64,000 nt of DNA from Hormiphora californensis (lineage: Eukaryota > Animalia > Ctenophora). The DNA lies in assembly GCA_020137815.1 (NCBI GenBank), contig CM035360.1, positions 6,076,001 through 6,140,000 on the forward strand, in the 5' to 3' direction. The notes beneath the pieces were generated by a model that saw only the letters and a list, made by a program, of their open reading frames with translations, had not been told where the DNA came from and did no database searches. How positions within the stretch are numbered: position 1 is the stretch's first letter; the number at the start of each line of letters is the position of its first letter. Shown here piece after piece: positions 17,007 to 30,034 of this stretch. The position numbers and the translations under genes are program-made.

Positions 17007-20000
17007 TCACTGATCACTACTCTCAATAAAGTCTCTGGCAAGTTTTCGAACCTTCTCCGCCCTCTCTTCTTCTCCCTGCTGCACTTCAAAGTCAATGTAT
17101 CGTTTAAAAAAGAATTTCATCTTCTTGGCCGGGAGTTTCAGCCCCACAACTCGGTCCATCAATAGTCTGAGAAAGAAAAGGGCAAATGTTAGGGCTTGAT
17201 AAGGGTCAGAAGGAGGGACATACTAAATGCAACATTCAAACTTGTACAACTGTACCTAGTTTGCTCGTGGTCACCCTGAGCGATGGTTTTGTCAAGGTAG
17301 ACACTCCACAGATCCAGTCTACCTGGGTAGCTGGTCAGGACATTCTCAAACATCGTGGCACCCTTAGCGGGCTCCCCGTGTTTGTATTCCAGTTGAGCAA
17401 AGTGAGATATCGTCCTGACATCTGGAGGGGAAAGGAGGTGATAGAGTGGTTTAATATTGAGATTTTCAGATGAGTGGATGAGACGGAGTAGAGATTATGA
17501 GATGAGTATATAAGCGAGGGCCGGAATTTGTAAAAAAAAGTTCATTGATAACGCACGTTTATGTTTGGGTAGAGATTTGAGGGCCTTTGTGAGTAGCTCC
17601 CTTGCCTCGGTCATCCTTCCCTCTTGTCCTGCCAGGGAGGTCCCATACCCGCACCACACATTCCTACTGCGGCGGTGCTTTTTCAGTAGTACAGAGCTGT
17701 AAATCTCGTCAAGCTCCTAGGGGGACAATGTGATTAGATGCAAAGATAAGTTTGATAGAGACAAAACGAAAAACAAACTTTTCAGAAATATATCTGTCCT
17801 ACTCCTACTTTCTCAGAACCTACCTCAAACTTGTGTGACTTGTCAAGCACTGCTGCTAGTCGGGTAAACACCGCCTTTGGGTCATTAACAGCAGCGGCAG
17901 CCTGGCAGCTTGCCATCAGACTATCAGATGTTCCAAAAGAATTCTCCAGGTTAAACAGGGCAGACCAGACATTCAGTTTTTCTGATTCCAGTCTACAGAG
18001 GGAAGGTGTTGGTTAGGAAAGTAGTAGGGGAAAAAGGGGGGGGGGGGTAGTCCTGGAAAGAGGGAACGGAGAGGGAACGGAGAGGGAACTGACAAACAAT
18101 ATTCTCCAACTTACCGGTAGTTAATTGTATCAAAGGCACGTTTAGCAACAGCCCTTGCTCTCTCCACATTACCCCTGCCCAGCCAGTACGCCATAAAGCT
18201 CACCCAGCTCGCACTACAGTCCGGACTTGCCGCTACCAATCTCTCAAAGTCTTCCTCAGTCTCTGCAGCAGTGGTGTCTGTCTTTCTCTCCGCACTCCTT
18301 AGCTTCTCTTCCTCTTCTATCTTCCGTCTCTTGGCTTCCCTCTTAGCTGCACTCTTGCTCTGAAATGCAATGTTAGATGTAGTGTTACATTATTTAAATC
18401 ATGTTAGCAGGGGTTATCTCCGGGGAGATTCTCCCCGATTTTGAGAAACTTATTCTGCCGAGATGAAAAAACAAACTACATACCAGTGGTTTGGCCTCTT
18501 CTTCTTTCTCCTTTTCTTCCTCTTCCTCCTCCTCCACCTCTTCCTTCTCTTCAAGTGCGTCACTTAGTGAGAGACCTTTGGGGGCTGAGGGGAAGATAAT
18601 TATTGCCAATCCGAAACCCATCCGAAATGACAAGTGAACAATGGCCAGAGGATTGATAAAATCACCACACTTACAACTCCCACACGTAGCGCGGCAAAAT
18701 GAGGCCGAGGTGACTGCACCACTACTAGTCATTTACCGGTTGAAGTTAGTTTCGGTTCTGGTTGGGCGAATGTAATCTTTGGACCATCATCCTCTTCGTC
18801 TTCCTCATCTCCCTCGTCTCCAGACTGTGGAATAGGGGGAATTCAATTTGAATGAGGTAACTAATCAGTAACAATTGTATCCATGGTAACACCTCGATAA
18901 CTGAGGTAACCATGGTAACACATTGGTTATCAAGGTAACCATACTGTGTAACTGACCTGTTCAGATTGTTCACTCTCACTATTAGCCAGCCTCTCCATCA
19001 GTATATCATCCAGGCACTTCTGCACATCACCCTCCTCATCATCATCCTCACTACCATCCTGTTCCTTCCTGGCCTTCCTCAGATCACTGGCCTTCATGCT
19101 TAACTCGATCTTGGGTTCCGTTACCATGACAACCGCACGGACTAACTTTCCAGCGGGGAACATTGGCTGCCAGTGCTTCAGAAACTGATCACTCATGTTC
19201 TTCAACATTACCCGACCTGGGGAAGACATGTCGTGAATTAGGAGGGATCTACACACAACTAAATGTTTTGACTGCATCATTCAACCTCCAAATGGAAAGT
19301 ACACAATCGAGGCTCAAGAGGACATGATAAGATAAGATTTAAAAAAGTGTCAACAATTGCTGATAGGATCCACCACAGCACCCAGGGAGGGATCAGTTAC
19401 TAACCTGTTACATTGTGTCCCAAGGAAATATAGACACCCAGAGAGGGATTAGTAGACCGGACATAACCATAAACAACCTTCCCCACAGCCACATCTTTAG
19501 CATCAGATATTACTGGGTTAGTAACTTTACGTGTACCACCTGAGAAGTGTATCACACCATCAAATAACAGGTAACTAATTTCGTGGATTGAATACAGATT
19601 ACAGAGCCAAATTGATGTAGTGGACCCTTGTTCAATAAGTGGTACGCATAACACCAAACTATCCCGTAGCGATCTATATGTCATGCCTGGTGTTAATTTC
19701 GCCAGCTCAAACCCCGCTCAAACAAAGTTAAGTTAACTCACCACCGCCAGCTTTCTTCCACCGCTGGCTAAGCCTGCTCTTCCTACTGGAGAGAACCAGT
19801 TGTCGTTCCTCTCTCTTTACAACAGAGCAGTGTACCAGGGTATCAGATTCAAAGGGCGCCAGAGGGTCCTTATGGTATGTATCTGGAATTATAACGTGGT
19901 ATAATGGAGGGCTGTTTTGAATATAATGCCAGTGCAGCGTCCAATCATCAAATCCTAATCAGTGGTTGTCCACATCCAATTAATTAGATAATTAGTTGTT

Positions 20001-23000
20001 AGTTTTGTACCTGATATCTCTGTTAGTGGTATGATGCCATACTCCCGTGGTGTAACCTGTACCTTCACACCAATACCAGGTAGGGTAGATTTAACGGTAC
20101 ACCAGAACTTAGCTCCCTCTGAGCAGGGTCCTGGAGAAGGGGTACATCGTGAGGGTGATTTGTGTAACCATGGTAACCATGGCGATATGTGTAACCATAC
20201 ATGGTGATCCGTGTAACCATGGTAACAAGGTGATCTGTGTAACTGCACTTACCAACAAGAGATAGATCCAGCCGGTTATCTTGAATACTGAACACAGTAG
20301 CGGTAACTGGCTGACCAATAACAAACCTCTCCGTCCACCCGTCTATTTCTGATTTACTCTGCGAGGTCAGAGTCCGAACTAGCCGACCATCTACACCCGG
20401 TGATACACCTGAAATGTACCAGTATAATGTGGTTGTTATATCAGAGCCCCATCAGAGCTCTTTCAGCACTGCACAGATTTCAGTTGGCAGAGCGATCAGG
20501 GGAAATTTATACACCTTTAAAGTTTAAATACATAGTTATATTAGTTCAAATTAGTATGTTGAAGATGAGTTAGCTAGATGAGCTTGTAGGTAATAGTTCT
20601 GTAAGACTTACTAATCCAGATGAAACCACGGTTGTCAAAGGCCCGAACAAATCCAGATATCTCTTGGCCTACCACAAGGGTCTTTATCAAATCAGCTGAC
20701 TCATCAACCTAGAGGGTTATATTGTTGTATCTAATACGAGGGACTATGTTGGGATTGGGAACAGTGGTTGCCACTCAGAATCAGCTGTGATTTAGACAAA
20801 GATTGACACAGCAAATAGAAACATGATACGAGCAAGAGAGAAGGGGTAGAAAACGTAAGTTTGGAGTCTCTAACTTAGACAATAAGAAGAAACAATTCAC
20901 ACAACTTACCGTGTATTTTTGAGTTTGTATGACGTTATGTTTGTCAGTTTGTGGCACGCACAGGGGCGGCGGATAAGCATATATCATGGATATTGGAAAA
21001 TGAAATAACTGCCAGAACTAATCTGACTTTATAGTGTGTGGTGTACCGTAGACATGTTGTGTCTAGCAAGTTTATATCTTTTCCCCTAGTTCTCACCTTC
21101 TCCTTTTCACCTATCTCTCTCACTTTTCCCTCACTCCCAGCCTGTTTGATACTGAACTCCCCGACCGACATTACAAAGTTGGTAGCGGTAATGGGCAGGT
21201 AGCGGTGTGTTTTGGAGTGCCTGGAAGGGAGTAGTTGAGAAATGAAGCGATAGATAATAGTAGAGGGACAGCGACTACTGTATACAATTTCAGGACAAGT
21301 CACAAAAAACCAGTTTTTACCTGAATCCGATAAGTTTAGCTTCGAACTTGTCCCCCTGTTTGAATTGTGTCAGAGGGTTGAGATCAGCGGTGGGTGTATC
21401 TGTCACTTCCGTTATGTGAACTCTACCTTTCACCTGAACAACACATGAGAACGGTTAGACAACGATGCCAGGGATACATTGTGACATAGCAATGGGATAA
21501 AACGAAACTATAGGATTGTCAGACCTGTTAGGACAAAGATGAATATGAATTGTTCATACATTGTTAGTTTAGTAACACAAGGATAAATGTAGGATAAATG
21601 TAGGATAAATGTAGGATCGTCATCTGTTAGGGCAAGGATGAATATGATATGAATTATTTTAACCTTTTTGCCAAGTTGCACGTTCAATTGTATTGCTTTC
21701 ACTGAAGTAACGGTGACAGTGTAAACTTGTCCTAGTTTAATGTCATCGAATGTGACACTATCACCCTCACTCTTTGTCCTCTTCCTCTTCTCTCCTCCCG
21801 CTGTCTTGACAAACTCCAACAAGATTGGTTTACCTAAAATAGAAGGGGAAATAGTGGAGACGGATGGGTAATGGATCCTGAAATATTTTACGAATAAACC
21901 AATCATACAAACACATGTGTTTCAGAAATGTCAAGGAGACAAAAACAACTGATACCTTTCTCAGCAGTGCTAACAGTAAACTTCTTCTTGTCTCCACATG
22001 TCACTTCCTTGTTAACTAGCCTCCTTGAATCGTTGGTGTTGCCCCTTCGGGGTGCGTAGCACAATCTGGTACAGGGCGGTTATAAATAAGTGAACCAGGG
22101 ATTAATGAGGTTGGCGAGAAAAAAGGGGCTTGGCGTCACAGTGATTTGAATTGAACTTCCATGCGATATAGTACATCACACGCATGTAATTGCACTATTG
22201 TTAGCTTGTTCGCCCGGGTTTGGTACAGTCTGCGGCGCGCAGTGTTGAGACGAACACGTTCCGAAAATGCAGGATTATGGGAATGCAAATGAAAGTTAAA
22301 TAAAAATATAAATATTACCTGTGTCCCTTGTCAGCAACGTAAACAACAAAATACTCCTCCGTCACCAGAACAATCTCCCCCTCCACTTCCTCTCCCTCCT
22401 TCATCTTCTTCTTCTTCTTCCCCTCCTTCAACCCTTCTACCATCTCAGCACCATTACCGATACTGTATATATTCTGGGCAGCATCATAATCCAGTACCAC
22501 CCCCTCCATCTCAGTCCCGACATGTTGTTCCTGTGTCCCAGAAATAAATCCAACACCGGACCCAGTTAGAGATACAAAAGTGCCCTCTTTGGCCACCCTC
22601 GTTACTTCGCATGTAACTAGGCAACCGGGCGTATGTGCTGGCTGTCGTCCAAACTTCTCCCACTCAACAAACAGGCGTGAGAGCTGATCGACAGTGTTGC
22701 CCTCTATATCTGATCCCTTGAGAGACACCAGAAATCGGCCTTTTTCAAGATCAATATTTGTGACCTTACACACCACACTCTCGTTTGCTTTGAAGACCTC
22801 CGTGGGATCGCTCACAAAATCATCGCAAAGACAGGCCTTGGGACAGAGACCAATAAACCCGTTCGCTGTCTCAACAAAACATCCATAGTTCTGGAAATCT
22901 TTGATGTAACCAGGAACTAGGGTTCCAACTTCGAAATCCGTTATTTGCTTCTTGTTAGGGTTTGATTCCATCCATCCGAGAAGAGATGGTTTGGTGGTGA

Positions 23001-24769
23001 CAATTATCTTCTTCTGCCGCTTGCTCAATACCAAGACTTTGGGGAAGGAGGACCCGGGCGCGAGGAGGAGAAGGGGTTGTTCAAGAGCTGGGAAATCTGT
23101 TAGATGTCCGACCGGTAAATCAGCCTGTTCCCCAGTGCTCAACTGGACTAGGATGTTGTCTGTTGTTGTTGAGATGACCTATAGGAGGGAAGGAGTAATA
23201 TTAAACGTGGGAGGAGGAGTTGAAAGTAAAGGAAGGGGTGACGGGGATACGAGGAGTTGTTACAGAAAAAGAATAGAGATGGAAATTATTGACTTACTGT
23301 CGCGGAGTAGGTTTGCCCCTTTCTGGCCCATTTTGAATCATTAGAGTTTTTAGTAGCCGTCTCTTCTATCAGGTTGAGGCTGAGAGTCAATTTCTGATTT
23401 TCTGCATCAACACTTACAACACGGCAAGTTAACACCTGAGATAGAGTGATCATACAATACAACATAGAACATTCATTTACTTCCTCAGTGACTGAGTCAA
23501 TCCTCGTGTATTTTGAATTGACGCGGTTTCGTCTGACACTAAACCGAGGGAGACGCGCACACTGCTATGCTGTACGTAGTCCTTCTTTTACAATTCACAC
23601 ATCGCGCGTTACAAACAAGTAGTGTAATAAGGGGTGGGTTTTAGGGACAATGCGTGGTGCCACAAAATACACAGATCAGGGAACAAGGGACGGTACATGA
23701 CAGTGTGATTCTGTTACCAATTTGTGTCCAAATTGTCATGTACTAGTAAATAAAACGATTCTTAGACAACATCATAATTACCTGCCCGATCTTGTACATT
23801 CCTTCTATCTGTTCCACACTCAGAGGAACGTTGGATATTTGGCTGTTGTGAACTAGACCCTGAAATACAGAATAATGGTTTTATTTAAGTTTTATTTTAA
23901 GGAATTCAAGGCTTGTAATGAAAATGACACAACAGGGTGATTTCCACTTACCCTAACGTTTCCAGTAAAGTTCATGATAATTCCAAATGGTTTCACAGCA
24001 GCAACCCACCCTGTGACCTGTTCCCCAACCTTCATACCATCAAATCCCTGGACATCCGCTGTGTTGTTCCGGACCAGACTCTTTTTTAGGGTCAAAGAGA
24101 CACGTCGCTTAGCAACGTCTACAGAGATTACTTTCGCTTTCACTTTCTGGTTTTCCTTAAACTTTAGGGAGGGGTTCTTGATTCGGATATCGGCAAGGTG
24201 CAGCTTGGGCACCAGTGCTGAAAGAGAGATTGACTGTTGTTCAATGACTGTTTCTGTAAAGCAGTTGCCTTTTTCGACCCTGTCTCACAGCGCCCCACAC
24301 TCTTTAATAAATATTTTAAAGGAATACTAAATAAGTACCTCTGATGTTTTCAGCAAGTTTGACGATCAGCCCGAATTCCTCAACAGTCACAACAGTTCCT
24401 GATACTGTAGAGGCTACTACCACATCAGCATAGGATAGGAACTGTTTCGATAGGTCACTATCTCGTAGTGATACCTAGCAATGGGATAACAATGAAAAGA
24501 GGAGATGGAAAAGATCAAGTGGTTACTTCTACTGTTAGCTGGCTTTTGAAAGCTATAGTTCATATTCACTTTTCTCTATAAATTTGAGATTTATTTGTTC
24601 TCATCATGCATTTATTTGTTTTTGTTTCACTTACCTGGACCAGATTATCTGCACGTCGATATCCCATCACCCTAACTTTATGGGTCGTACCAGCCTTGTG
24701 CTTAGCTCCAATCTTCTCAGAATCCTTGTCCGTGATCTTGGATCTATGAGCAAAACCAAACACTCCTGC

Positions 24770-24806
<37 letters not shown>

Positions 24807-27131
24807 TATCAGTTTTTGGGATATAATAAGAGACTTGGACTTATCACATTATACTGATTATTTCTTAGTTTTAACAACTGTTTGACAACTAACCTGTGTC
24901 AAGTTCCAGAAATATTCCATCTTTGGTAACCCTGGTAACAGTAGCATCCTCAACTAGTTGGCCCCGATCCAGGGGAGGTGATCCAGCTGATTCTTCCAAT
25001 GTCAAGTGACATGATAGAGTACTGAGGAGGACACCCTGAAGAGAGAGAGAGGAGGTTGAAATAAGTCATCGCGGTAGTAGGGTACATTTTAGCGTTCCCG
25101 CGGGTCATTTTGTTACCAAGAGAGGGTTGGAGGTTGAAATAAGGGGATATATATTCACACTCAGCATAATATTTTTCTCGGTGTAAAGGAAGTGAAATAT
25201 AATTTACCTTATTTTCAGGGTTTATAAAAACAACGCGGGCCTGTAATTTTCTCTTGATTGGATACACCTCTTTTATAGTCCTCTCATTTCCATAAAGATC
25301 ACCCAGGTGGACTAGATGAATAGCACCCTGAAAATATACACGTCATTGCAAACTCCATATATATGGGAATCAGCTGCCATGGGACAGTGAACGCCATATA
25401 TGGGCATAAAACACTATGTTCACATGAATTTTATGCCTATATTTGGGTATCACGTGACTCACCTGCATGCCGTTGAGGAAGGAGCATCTGAGGCCGTTGA
25501 CAGTGTGTTTCTTGACCGATACATTGACCAGATGTCCGGGGAGAAGGGAAGAGAAGTTTCCAATCACCTTATCTGACTGAATCCTATCTTTTTTAGTGTA
25601 CCAATCTGGAAACATTGATACGTTGTGGTAACACAACTAAGTAGAAAGCTTGATGAGAAAAACAGTCAATAATAATATTAGTTTGTCCCAAAAATAATCA
25701 CCCCTTAGTCCTTACCCAGTATAACACTGCTCTCAGTAGCACTCTTTACGGTTGCCATGACAACGTCACACGGTTTCAGGGTGACGTCAGCAGACTTGGA
25801 AAGGAAGGCCGTGGTGTTGGATATACCGACATTAACCAGATACCCATGATCTTCAACACTACTTACTACACCCTGTACCACCTGGGAGAATTATTGGGTT
25901 ACACCCAAGTTACACAAAAGTCCCGGCACTTTTACAATCCATACTGAATAGATCGAAGACTCCCAAAGCAAACTGATAAAAAATTGTTCAAATGTTATCA
26001 AGGACTGCCGGAAAAACTTCAAATTCAACAAAACTAACTCATTTCCCACGTTATATGATTCTCACCAGATGTTTGTTGAGGTCTTGTAGTTTGAGATGTT
26101 TGTTAACAACAGAGGGTTTGGTAGTCAGGTAGCACTTTTTAGCCTTGTTAACTGTGTCCACTGAGAGGACACTACACAGGAGGGACTGTCCAACACTAAC
26201 AATGTCACATAGATCTGGTACCGACTAAAGGGGGGGGGGTTAGGAGAATACAACCTCCTTGATCTGAAACAAGTGTCCAAGCTACTTTATGATCAGCTAA
26301 TTTCGAGCTACTTTAATTTCACTGCTATTTCTAATACTCAGTACCACAGATGGCATGCCCCATCCTATTGTCCCTTACCGTATCTTCGGTGTTCCCTTCT
26401 TCACTGGATAGAAGGCTGTTAAACTCGTCACTCAACTCAGTGCCTGAGTGACAAGTGTTTTAAAACCCGCGTGTGGAAGCTGTCAAGTATCATCTTACTT
26501 TTACATGTTATCTTAGTTTGGGTTTCCAGGGGACATGAATATTGAATATTCAACCAGAGCCCAGAATAAATTAAACTTCAACATTAAAATTGCAGGGGCG
26601 AAGTGTGTTCCACATACCTTTTATAAAACCTGTGAGACCGAATGGGAGATTTAACACAACATCAACCTCCCCAACCTCACTCACAACTCCAAGGAGAATA
26701 GTACCCGGCTGAAGTTTCTGAAAAAATGAAAGATATATAAAGATCTAGATTATAATCTGTTGTACTGTGTTCTGAACAACAGTCGAGATTCAACAACTAA
26801 ATCCTATACCTTGTATGAGACTTGTTCCAGAGGTTTTCCCAGGTCCAGCTCATCTTTCAACGTGTTCTTCTTAGGTTCCTCAACTGGGACTTTCTAAAAG
26901 AAATGGATGTCACATTTCAAAAGATGTGAAACAAACTATATCGTGCCTGCCATCTAGTCTGACGTAAAATATCAATGTTTTGAAGAACAGGAAACTTACG
27001 AATAAATTATCACTTTCTGGTCCTTCCTTAGTTTTTAGTTTTTTAGTGGTCGATCGACCTCTGACAAAGTCAACTTCTTCTGTCAGCTTTCGTTTTTCTT
27101 TTGTCTCTGATTCATCTCCGGCAACCGCCAT
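17007..27131 (-). CDS. PDCD11: rRNA biogenesis protein RRP5 (S1 repeats + C-terminal HAT repeats), many exons
   Basis: N-terminus MAVAGD..VDFVRG. S1-domain exons, e.g. GYIKDFQNYGCFVE (22315-23142) and FKENQKVKAKVISVD. C-terminal HAT exons ending LPAKKMKFFFKRYIDFE..ARDFIESSDQ* (stop 17007-17009). Confidence 0.92.
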
Positions 27132-27540
27132 TGTTCTAAAAAATAGGGTAAGAGAGAGAAAGATATTGAAACGAGAGGCTAGGAAGGGAGAGAGAGATGG
27201 AGGGGGAAGATAGAGATGGGGAAACCGAAATGCAAATGTGAACAAAAAATGGAAAGAATCGAGATGCATTTTCAATCAATCGAACACAAACGTCAAACAT
27301 ATACATACATTTCACATACAAAAATTAAAACTTTTCCAAAGGTATTTTAAAGTTTAAACCTACAATATGTACATACATACTTATTTTAAAATAATTTTAT
27401 GAAGCAGGATCAAGGTTGATTATAAGTATGTAATCAGATTATACCTACAACCCTATAAAATAAGTCTGCACATACAGCATGCATATTGTATGATACAAGT
27501 TTAAAATACCTTTGGAAAAGTTATATTTGTGACGCATATA

Positions 27541-27657
27541 CAGTCGGACCCCGACTTACCGGGGAGAATGAACTTCCCCTGTTACAGGAAGTTAACAGAC
27601 CCCGGGCCGATGTACACCCCTTTCCCCCGAGCATCCCAGTAAATAGGGGTCCGACTG
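27541..27657. mobile_element. Tc1/pogo-type MITE, family copy 1
   Basis: TIR CAGTCGGACCCC..GGGGTCCGACTG, preceded by TA; same family as 34570-34724. Confidence 0.8.
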
Positions 27658-27811
27658 TCTCACAAAATATGCCTGTAAAAATAACCTCTGCCATAACGGG
27701 CATAATATACACAAACAAAAGTGACTATTCTCAAGGCAAAAAAAAACATTAAAGCTTTATGTCGGAAATTTATCCGTTGGCCGTCTGCGGTAAACTCAGC
27801 AATGTTTTGAA

Positions 27812-29368
27812 TTATTCAACAAGTGATCGAAAAGACTTTGAGTCCTGGAAAATATCACTTCTCACTGCTAAACACAAATTTACTTTTGAAATGTCAGGCC
27901 CAGCGACATTAAAAATTTTGGAGAAAGTGGACTTGGCTGACTCGACAAGAGTTTCCCGACTCTCATCATTCGTTCCATAAAAAAAGTTTTTCCCTCTCAC
28001 ATCACAATACACATAATTAAATAACCAGTAGCATATGTAAGCCATAGGAAGGACTGGGGCAAATTTTCCCTTGAAGCAGTATCGATAGAAATCCTCAGAA
28101 GTTCCAGAGCCAAGCCTCTCAGGGCAATAAAGATCTGTACGGTGAAGCTCAGGATGCTGTACTCGATTTCGAATCAGCCGAATTATATCACTAAGGTTAC
28201 TATCGCTAGCCAGTTTAAACCCATAAAGTTGTTCTGGAAGTAGGCCTAGAGGCTCTTGTTTTTTCTTTGAGCCTTTCTTTTTTTTCGGTGGTACAGAAAA
28301 CTGTTTCCAGTATTGTTCAACTTGTGCTTTCAATGCTCCTCCAATGAATGGAGGGGTTGTGAGTAAAGTATTGCACTCGTTGAGAAAGGTCATCTTTTTT
28401 TCAATACTCCAAAAGAGTGGGTGATTAAGAATCTGCGGGGCGGAAATACGCTTTTCAGCAGCTGTTACAACACAAACGTCAATCAACAAGTCGGCAAACA
28501 ATGTGTCAGCGTGTAAATTTTTCTCCGAAATAAAAGATACCCTCAATGATTTGGCTATGTTTCCGTTGCGATGATGATCAACCCCAAATGGATGCTCAGC
28601 TTTAACAGATGTCCACTCAGAACTTCGTTGAAATGTCATTATGAATTGTGCCAAACAACCGAAAGCAAACACGTCTCCAGAACACCCGGCTTTCTTTGAG
28701 CCATTTAATGTTTCTGGTGGCATCCAACCGTGTGATCCAACTCTTTGTTGACTTACAGTAACACACTTCCTGTAGGGATCAACTTCTCGAGACAGGCCAA
28801 AATCAGATATTACGGGAATGAATTTGTTAAGCTGAGGGTTGTATTTAACCAAGATATTCGAGGGTTTCAAATCCCGGTGGACAACTCCTTCCCGGTGCAT
28901 GTAGTCCATTCCATTTGCAATCTCCAATAACATTTCCTTTTTACTTGACCAATTTCCATCCAAGTCGTTTTTTGGATACGGGGTCCCAAAAACAGTTGTT
29001 CCATTCGATAGAAGAGTGACCAAAGATCCAAGACAAAGCTCAAGGGCAATTTTCTCGAAATCATCGTCGAAGTCGTAGAAATAATACCGTATGATATTTT
29101 CGTGCTTTAGTTTCAAAAGGGCACTAATCTGGTGATTCACATTCTTCTTTAGCTCCTCATCATCACTCTGGATCCTTTTCACAGCAACAATCTTTTCACT
29201 TGGACCTTGGACGAACAGCCCGAAGTAAACGATTCCTTCACTGCCTTTATCAATACGAAAAGCCGGTTTAGCTATGAGCTTGATTGGACTCCCAAACTTG
29301 CCGTAGAGATCCTGGAAATTTGCATTCCCTTTCAAGAATCTGCGAGCCACAATGTTTTCGTATGACAT
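27812..29368 (-). CDS. IRE1/RNase L-like kinase + KEN ribonuclease, copy 1 (intronless, no sensor or TM domain seen)
   Basis: VAVKRI, HENIIRYY, IALELC, HRDLKPSN, ISDFGLS, GSHGWMPPE, DVFAFGC, HPFG, HPLFWS; KEN motif DIIRLIRNRVQH. Likely start MSYENI at 29368; the ORF extension upstream is (CT)n. Confidence 0.88.
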   Translation of the reverse strand: MSYENIVARRFLKGNANFQDLYGKFGSPIKLIAKPAFRIDKGSEGIVYFGLFVQGPSEKIVAVKRIQSDDEELKKNVNHQISALLKLKHENIIRYYFYDFDDDFEKIALELCLGSLVTLLSNGTTVFGTPYPKNDLDGNWSSKKEMLLEIANGMDYMHREGVVHRDLKPSNILVKYNPQLNKFIPVISDFGLSREVDPYRKCVTVSQQRVGSHGWMPPETLNGSKKAGCSGDVFAFGCLAQFIMTFQRSSEWTSVKAEHPFGVDHHRNGNIAKSLRVSFISEKNLHADTLFADLLIDVCVVTAAEKRISAPQILNHPLFWSIEKKMTFLNECNTLLTTPPFIGGALKAQVEQYWKQFSVPPKKKKGSKKKQEPLGLLPEQLYGFKLASDSNLSDIIRLIRNRVQHPELHRTDLYCPERLGSGTSEDFYRYCFKGKFAPVLPMAYICYWLFNYVYCDVRGKNFFYGTNDESRETLVESAKSTFSKIFNVAGPDISKVNLCLAVRSDIFQDSKSFRSLVE

Positions 29369-29464
29369 GGCTAAACAGAGGATAACAGTGGGGTTTACAG
29401 TGGGAGAACAATATAGGGAATAGGGATTTTGATTGCGGGGTGAGTCGGGAGAGAGAGAGAGAGA

Positions 29465-29536
<72 letters not shown>

Positions 29537-30034
29537 AAGAGAGAGAGAGAGAGAAAAAATCAGAGAGGGAAAGATAATGATGAAACCCGGAGAGGGCAAA
29601 GGTGTCAGTTTGACAACAAAAGTGGTCACCTTTCCAGTCAACTAATTTCTGATTTTTCCATAATATTTACAATTTACATTGTCAAAAAATATTGTACTCT
29701 AAAAAAACCCAAACGGTTCGGGTACTTCAATAAATCGTGCTTAGATTATGGGTTTATAATTTACGAGAGAGCAAATTTTACTCTCAAACCCACACCTCTG
29801 ACCTCCAAACCCACACCTCTGACCAGAACACTGTCACCACACCCATGGCCATACAATTGCGATTACAGATACCCCAAGTTTCAAGTAAGCGTAAGAGGTG
29901 TAAAAAATTGTTAAAGAGGGCTACCCGCTGAGTGGTCCATCCGGCAAAACCAGGTCGATCAACGTAAACTTTTGCGGCTTACCGTATCTTTCAGTCATTT
30001 CCATAGCAAAAAACTACCGGTAGTACAGACTTGA

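Noticed and set aside
29369-29641. Hydrophobic N-terminal extension of kinase 1 as a signal or TM segment
   Set aside because: Derived from a (CT)n tract, has no ATG start and is absent from the paralogs.
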